Source: an uncultured delta proteobacterium (GTDB lineage Bacteria; Myxococcota_A; Polyangia; Polyangiales; B10-G4). Taken from it: 64,000 nt of DNA. The notes under the pieces were generated by a model, which was not told the origin of the DNA, ran no database searches, and saw nothing but the letters and a program-made list of their open reading frames with translations. The translations under genes and the position numbers were made by a program. The stretch spans positions 874,599 through 938,598 of the forward strand of contig CAVSGI010000009.1 of the NCBI GenBank assembly GCA_963727445.1, read 5' to 3'. Shown in pieces: positions 59,102-64,000 of the stretch. How positions within the stretch are numbered: position 1 is the first letter of the stretch; every line of letters begins with the position of its first letter.

Positions 59102-60512
59102 TCTGTGAAGCGGCCACCCCGGTCAACAGGTTTGTCTGATTTTCGTTCTACGTCGTTGCACGTCTCCTTCGCCTCGGCTCGGGTTCGTCGTTTCGCTCAT
59201 ACGTGACGGGTTGTTCAGCCTTCTGTTCGCGCTCGACTGGGGCGGCATCGAGGCCGCGGCGCAGGGTGGGATTCGGTGGTGGTCGGCGCCATCTATCCAT
59301 CGGCGTTCGACAGCAGCCAGCCAGCACATCGCGCTCGACCACCATAATCGGTTCCCTTCACGAAGAGCGGGTCATCGTCGGTTGCGGGTCAGGCTGCAGC
59401 AGCCTCCTCACGGCTCGCTGTCGCCTCGAAGCGCGTCCCGTCTCGCCACATCGCGTACAAGATCCCCGCGAGCTTGCGCGCCAGCGCCACCGCCGCGATC
59501 CGCTTGCCGCGGCGTGCGGCGATGCGCTCCGTCCAGTCGCGTAGCGCCTTCGTCTCCGGTCGTTTGTGACGCAAGATCCCCCAGGCCGCTTCGACGAGCA
59601 GCGACCTGAGACGGCGATTGCCGGTCTTCGTGATGTGGCCCCGCATCCGTTTTTCGCCAGAGCTCAGCTCGCGGGGCACCAGGCCGAGGTAGGCGCGCAC
59701 TTGTGAGGCGTTGTGGAAGCGACCGATTTGGTCGACCACGGCGACGAAGGTCACCGCCGTCACCGGCCCGATGCTCGGCACGGTGCACAGGCGTTCGACG
59801 GTCTCGTCGCCCTTGGCGAACTCGGCGAGGCGCTTGTCGGCGTCGCGGATCTGCATGGTGAGCTGCTCGAGCATCGTGAGCAGCGGCGCGACCTCGAGCG
59901 CCAGGTGGGCGGGCAGTGACAGCTCCTCGATGCGCGCCGCGAAGGTCGCCGCTCCGCCGCTTCGTGGCGACAAGCCCTCGCGCCGCACAAGCGCTCGGGT
60001 GAGCGAGATGTACTTCGTTCGCGTGCGCACCAGCGCATCACGCACCGCGACCTGCGCTCGCCGATGACGGGCCGCGTCCGAGGCGCGGTGCGCTGGGCGG
60101 TACGCGCCGAGCCGGCAGGCGTCGCAGAGCGCCCGCGCATCGCGCCGGTCCGTCTTCACCTTGCGGCTTCGCGTGGCATACATCGGCGCGAAGTTCGGGT
60201 CCGCCACGATCACCTCATGGCCCAGCTCCTCGAGCCACCGCGCCACCCACTCGCTGTCCGTCGACGCCTCCATCAGGATCTTCGCCCGGGCGCGGTCCGC
60301 GAACACCTTCGCCAGCGCATCGCGCGTCGTCGCCACGCGCCGCTCCCGCAGCTCTCCCTCGCTCGTCTGGATGCAGACCTGACTTGTCTTCTTGTGAACA
60401 TCGATGCCAATGTGTTCCACGGCTGGCCTCCACTCTGCGGCTCTTGACCGCGTTTACGGTTGTGGGGCTACGGCTACCACGTCAGTGGCGGCCAGCCGCT
60501 TACATCCCATCT
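59100..60512 (-). mobile_element. IS110-family (IS1111 group) element, copy 2
   Basis: Offset 4488 from copy 1; two substitutions noticed (59728, 59820). Confidence 0.92.
59389..60420 (-). CDS. IS110-family recombinase/transposase, copy 2
   Basis: Same as 54901-55932 except one L-to-F change. Confidence 0.95.
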   Translation of the reverse strand: MEHIGIDVHKKTSQVCIQTSEGELRERRVATTRDALAKVFADRARAKILMEASTDSEWVARWLEELGHEVIVADPNFAPMYATRSRKVKTDRRDARALCDACRLGAYRPAHRASDAARHRRAQVAVRDALVRTRTKYISLTRALVRREGLSPRSGGAATFAARIEELSLPAHLALEVAPLLTMLEQLTMQIRDADKRLAEFAKGDETVERLCTVPSIGPVTAVTFVAVVDQIGRFHNASQVRAYLGLVPRELSSGEKRMRGHITKTGNRRLRSLLVEAAWGILRHKRPETKALRDWTERIAARRGKRIAAVALARKLAGILYAMWRDGTRFEATASREEAAAA

Positions 60513-60603
60513 ATCCACATGAGTCGGTGGCAACCTCGGTCTCCTGCCGCTCATGCCAAGGAACGCAGTACAGCAACCGCGGGGTCGGTGTAAGGGTGAC
60601 GCC

Positions 60604-61473
60604 ATGACTGCTCGGATCCTCTGTTCGATACTGCTGGGCCTATTGCTCGTTTCCTGTCCGGCCGATGATCCCGGCACGGACTCCGCCCAGCCAGATGCGG
60701 CAGCAGACACGGGTCCCACGGAGTGCCCGCCGCACCTCCCGTTTCGCTTCGGCGACTCGTGCTGCCAGTTCGAAGATGGGTCGGCCTGCGAGCAGATCTG
60801 GTGTGGAGTCGAGGAACCGTGGATACCATGGGACAACCGGACCCCCCTGTGGTGGTCGGCCGACGAGCCGGCGAGCTGCGCTGACACGCTCTCGCACTCT
60901 CCGCCGCAGCCATACGATGATTGCTACACGGGGGCCGACCCCAAACTCTGCGGCTTGCCGCACTCCGGCGCGCTCGAATGCATCGGGTACTGGGCGATTA
61001 CCTGTGAGTCGAGCATCGACTGCCCAGTGGACATGGGGTGCACCTATCACTCAACCGAGGGCCTGATCGAAACGCCAGAAGAGGTGCCGCTCGGCGACGC
61101 AATCTGGGGACATTGCGTGAAGCGGTGCACTACGGTCGGTAGCTCCGACGAGTGCATCCGCTGTGATCAGGTCTGTCAGGACGGGGGCTTCTGCGACGCT
61201 CAAGGGCTGCTGCCAGGACACACGTGCGTGGCCGATTGCGAGTGTTGGGATGTGGTTGACCCAGCCACCGGCAGCGCCGTCTGCAACGGCGGTCGCTGCT
61301 ATCCGGGCCGGGGTCGCCCGCGCGTGGGCCTCTGCGGTGAAGGCCACGACTGTGGCTGCGTCGGTGGCACATGCGAGGAGCATCCCGAGGGCGGATGCTG
61401 CAGGCTCCCCGACGGCACGATCGCTGAACCGGAGTCAGAAGCGTGCGGCGGCCCAGATGCAGGGGTGCCGTAA
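60604..61473 (+). CDS. Cys-rich lipoprotein (cargo 3)
   Basis: Lipobox LVSC; many Cys residues. Confidence 0.72.
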   Translation: MTARILCSILLGLLLVSCPADDPGTDSAQPDAAADTGPTECPPHLPFRFGDSCCQFEDGSACEQIWCGVEEPWIPWDNRTPLWWSADEPASCADTLSHSPPQPYDDCYTGADPKLCGLPHSGALECIGYWAITCESSIDCPVDMGCTYHSTEGLIETPEEVPLGDAIWGHCVKRCTTVGSSDECIRCDQVCQDGGFCDAQGLLPGHTCVADCECWDVVDPATGSAVCNGGRCYPGRGRPRVGLCGEGHDCGCVGGTCEEHPEGGCCRLPDGTIAEPESEACGGPDAGVP

Positions 61474-61570
61474 GAACGGCCGGCACCCGGGTGGTCCGCA
61501 AGGCGCGAGCTTACCATTGGCTCTACCCGGCGGGCACCACGGTCCGATGGACGTCGAGATCGAGCGTGCC

Positions 61571-61636
61571 GAGGTTGCGCTGGAGCGCCACGCCCGAGCA
61601 CCGCCGTGAGAGATCCCTCTTCACGGCGCGCGCTCG
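61571..61636 (+). repeat. ~65-bp imperfect direct repeat with hairpin, copy 1
   Basis: Similar to 63773-63836; stem CGCCGTGA...TCACGGCG. Confidence 0.85.
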
Positions 61637-61645
61637 ATCAGCTCG

Positions 61646-62521
61646 TCAGCTCCCCGCATCGCCAGCGCACGCGCCCGGGTGAGCGATACTGACGCGAGCG
61701 CGTGCTGCCCAACACTCGTGCGCATACGTCAGACCGTCGCATCCACAGACCGGATCCAGCAGGCCCTCGCAAGACGGATTGTCGAGGGCGCAATATCCGA
61801 GTCCGCCGCATCCCTCTACCAGGTCGCAGAAGAGGTCGCCGCAGTGGGCGTCGGTTCGGCACGGCCAGAAACTCCCGGCCGGCGGCAGCACGCAGCAGTC
61901 GGGGCAATCGGCGGGGAGGCACAGGTTGGTGATCAAGCAACAGGACCCACCGGAGTCGCAATCACCGTCGTCTCCGCAGGTGCGGGGCCACCCTGGTTCG
62001 GGGCTGCTGCCGCAGGCACCCCGAGCACCCGGGCGTACGCCGGCGTGGGCCGCGTCGCAGAACCCTGGATAGGTGTTTCCATCACAGGCACAGTACTCGG
62101 GTGAGCAGCCGGGATCCGGTCGCCGCTCGCATGTTCCGGGGCCAAGGCAGTACTCCCCAGCGCAGTACTCTTCGGGGTCGCAGTCGGCGTTCGACGCACA
62201 AGCGTCTGGCCCTTCGGCCCGGCACGATTCTGGTGTCGCGGGATCGAAGCACTCCCCGGTGAGGTAGCAGCATTCTTCACCGGGGAGGCACGGACTGCCC
62301 CCACATCGAAGGGGCATCCTTGGGACTGAGGTGTCCGCAGGCGTGGCATCCGGCACGAGAGGATCTAGGAACGTGTCGGGCCCGACATCCGCATCCGCGT
62401 CCATCGGAGGAGTGGCATCGGCGTCGGAAGGACCGATGTCTGGGTCCATGTGGCTCGAACCGCATCCTCCGATCGTCACCAGCGCGACAACGAGGAAGGG
62501 TGTGATGATTGCCCTACGCAA
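61646..62521 (-). CDS. Cys-rich lipoprotein with Kazal-like modules
   Basis: PVCGCDGLTYAHEC...HPGAC and CACDGNTY; IGGC lipobox. Confidence 0.75.
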   Translation of the reverse strand: MRRAIITPFLVVALVTIGGCGSSHMDPDIGPSDADATPPMDADADVGPDTFLDPLVPDATPADTSVPRMPLRCGGSPCLPGEECCYLTGECFDPATPESCRAEGPDACASNADCDPEEYCAGEYCLGPGTCERRPDPGCSPEYCACDGNTYPGFCDAAHAGVRPGARGACGSSPEPGWPRTCGDDGDCDSGGSCCLITNLCLPADCPDCCVLPPAGSFWPCRTDAHCGDLFCDLVEGCGGLGYCALDNPSCEGLLDPVCGCDGLTYAHECWAARARVSIAHPGACAGDAGS

Positions 62522-63047
62522 CCTGCCAGATACCCTTTAGGCGAGACGCCGTGCCGCTGTCCGCGGGTAGGGTACACCACAGGTTATTCCAACCGTAGGA
62601 TGCCTTGTCCACGTTTACGAACTCCAAATATCCGGATCCGGTCCAAGACGCCGGAAACGACGCACAACCACCAGAAGTTGAACAGAGGAACTTGGTGGAC
62701 TCGTTGTATGTGACACTGCCGCTGTAGTTCGAGCTGTACTGGTTGCAGTACAAGCTGTGCTGCATCAGGGACCCGGCATTGTTGTCCGTTGCCCACACGG
62801 TGATGTCGTCGGTGGAACTGGACGACACGTCGTTCTGTTCCGGTAGTCCGCACGAAATCTGGGCGCCTGCGGACGCGGAGCCTTCGTAGTCGATCCATCC
62901 ATAGTTGGCCGGCACCATCGCGTCATCCGTCCATTGACACGCATTCGACGGTGGAAACATCGTTTGCTCGGCCGCAGCCGGGCTGTTTGTTGCCAGCAAG
63001 CCGGCAAGGAAGCCGACGGCGATAGACACTAGAGCAACTCTCTTCAT
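62514..63047 (-). CDS. Secreted hypothetical protein
   Basis: GGGAGG RBS; signal peptide ending AAA. Confidence 0.7.
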   Translation of the reverse strand: MKRVALVSIAVGFLAGLLATNSPAAAEQTMFPPSNACQWTDDAMVPANYGWIDYEGSASAGAQISCGLPEQNDVSSSSTDDITVWATDNNAGSLMQHSLYCNQYSSNYSGSVTYNESTKFLCSTSGGCASFPASWTGSGYLEFVNVDKASYGWNNLWCTLPADSGTASRLKGIWQVA

Positions 63048-63086
63048 GGGTCCTCCCTTTCTCAGTCTGGTCGTTGGGCCTGTAGG

Positions 63087-63712
63087 TTAGAAATCCGGAA
63101 GACGTTCGTCCCCCGTTATCAGGAAGTGCGTCGTGGTGAAGGCGCCTCCCTCCTCTGTTCGAAGCTGGACGCCCTGCTTTCCAAAGATGGGGGTTCGGGC
63201 CTCGTCCACGATCAGCTGCTGGATCGCGTCTGGCGTCTCGTGCGTGTACTGAACTCGACAGAACGCCGGGCCGCATGCGATGTCGCGTACGGCGATCCCT
63301 GCAGGCTCATGCGACGTAGAGTATTCGTGTATCGCCCACTCTACCTCCCTCTCATACCTGGCGTTACGCGGCGCTGCCGGGAGGATGTCGTCCAGGTACT
63401 CGAAGCGTCGAGCGACGCGCTCCTCGTCGTAGCGAATCCTTCCTCCAGCGTCAGTCGCTGAGGTTCAGGCGGCCGTCGGGTCTCAACGTCCTGCCTCGTC
63501 GTCTGAGGGAAGAGGCCCGCGTCACTGGGCCGAAGCGCAGATGGCGGGCCAGCGGCTGGCATCACGGCAGTGCCGCGCCAAGAAGGGGACGGCGCGGCCA
63601 TTTCGGCCGACTCAGTCGGGTTCTCCTGCAGGAGACGAGCTGTCAGGCCTCCCGCAAAGGCACCCGCGAGCGCTCCGACGACGCCGACGACCAGCTTGCT
63701 CCCCCCGTGCAT
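63087..63712 (-). CDS. Hypothetical protein with N-terminal TM helix, frameshifted near 63430
   Basis: GGAG RBS; the second frame continues DEERVARRFEYL...IACGPAFCRV...LPDF*. Confidence 0.55.
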
Positions 63713-63772
63713 ATGCTCCTTATGCCAGGACTTCGACCGCTACGGAATACGGGATATTACGTACGCGCTGTT

Positions 63773-63836
63773 GAGGTTGCGATGGCGCGCCAGGCCCGAG
63801 GGCCGCCGTGAGATCCCCCTTCACGGCGTGCGCTCG
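63773..63836 (+). repeat. ~65-bp imperfect direct repeat with hairpin, copy 2
   Basis: Similar to 61571-61636. Confidence 0.85.
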
Positions 63837-64000
63837 CATATGGTGAATGAGTAGCGACGTCCCCCCAGGTTAACCCCCTGCAGTCCGTCGCCCCGCATGA
63901 CGGCATGGATCTCGAAACCCTCCTTCGCCCGTCGAAGCGGAAGTAGAAGTGAACGGCAACGCTCTGTCTGACACTCTCTGAGAGTCACGTCTCGGGCTGA

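Noticed and set aside
51791..60519. Classical integron with attC sites
   Set aside because: No tyrosine integrase; the unit lacks the RYYYAAC/GTTRRRY layout; cargo edges cut through genes.

Overview
High-GC DNA whose gene content points to a myxobacterium (Myxococcota, Polyangiales/Sandaracinaceae-like): many Ser/Thr kinases, an FHA-sigma54 activator, PEGA, AgmX-like, RCC1 and Cys-rich lipoproteins. Bases 1-41.8 kb are ordinary chromosome ending in ettA. About ten otherwise intact genes carry single-base frameshifts, which suggests assembly indel errors. From the 3' end of ettA onward lies a layered accessory region. (1) A ~1.15 kb direct duplication holds the ettA 3' end, a structured leader with CGGATT/CGGAGTT repeats, a perfect 28-bp hairpin over a start codon, and a four-helix-bundle gene; a third, collapsed copy lies between the two. 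(2) An IS91/ISCR-like HUH transposase is followed by an array in which a 125-bp ori-like unit recurs (3 full copies plus 1 stub). The units separate kilobase cargo segments that begin or end inside genes and mostly encode secreted Cys-rich proteins, so this is the best candidate for an undescribed gene-capture system. (3) Two near-identical IS110/IS1111 elements sit at the same CT dinucleotide of that unit. The empty site and matching guide segments in the putative bridge/seek RNA can be read directly. All family calls come from motif recognition by eye; no database searches were run.
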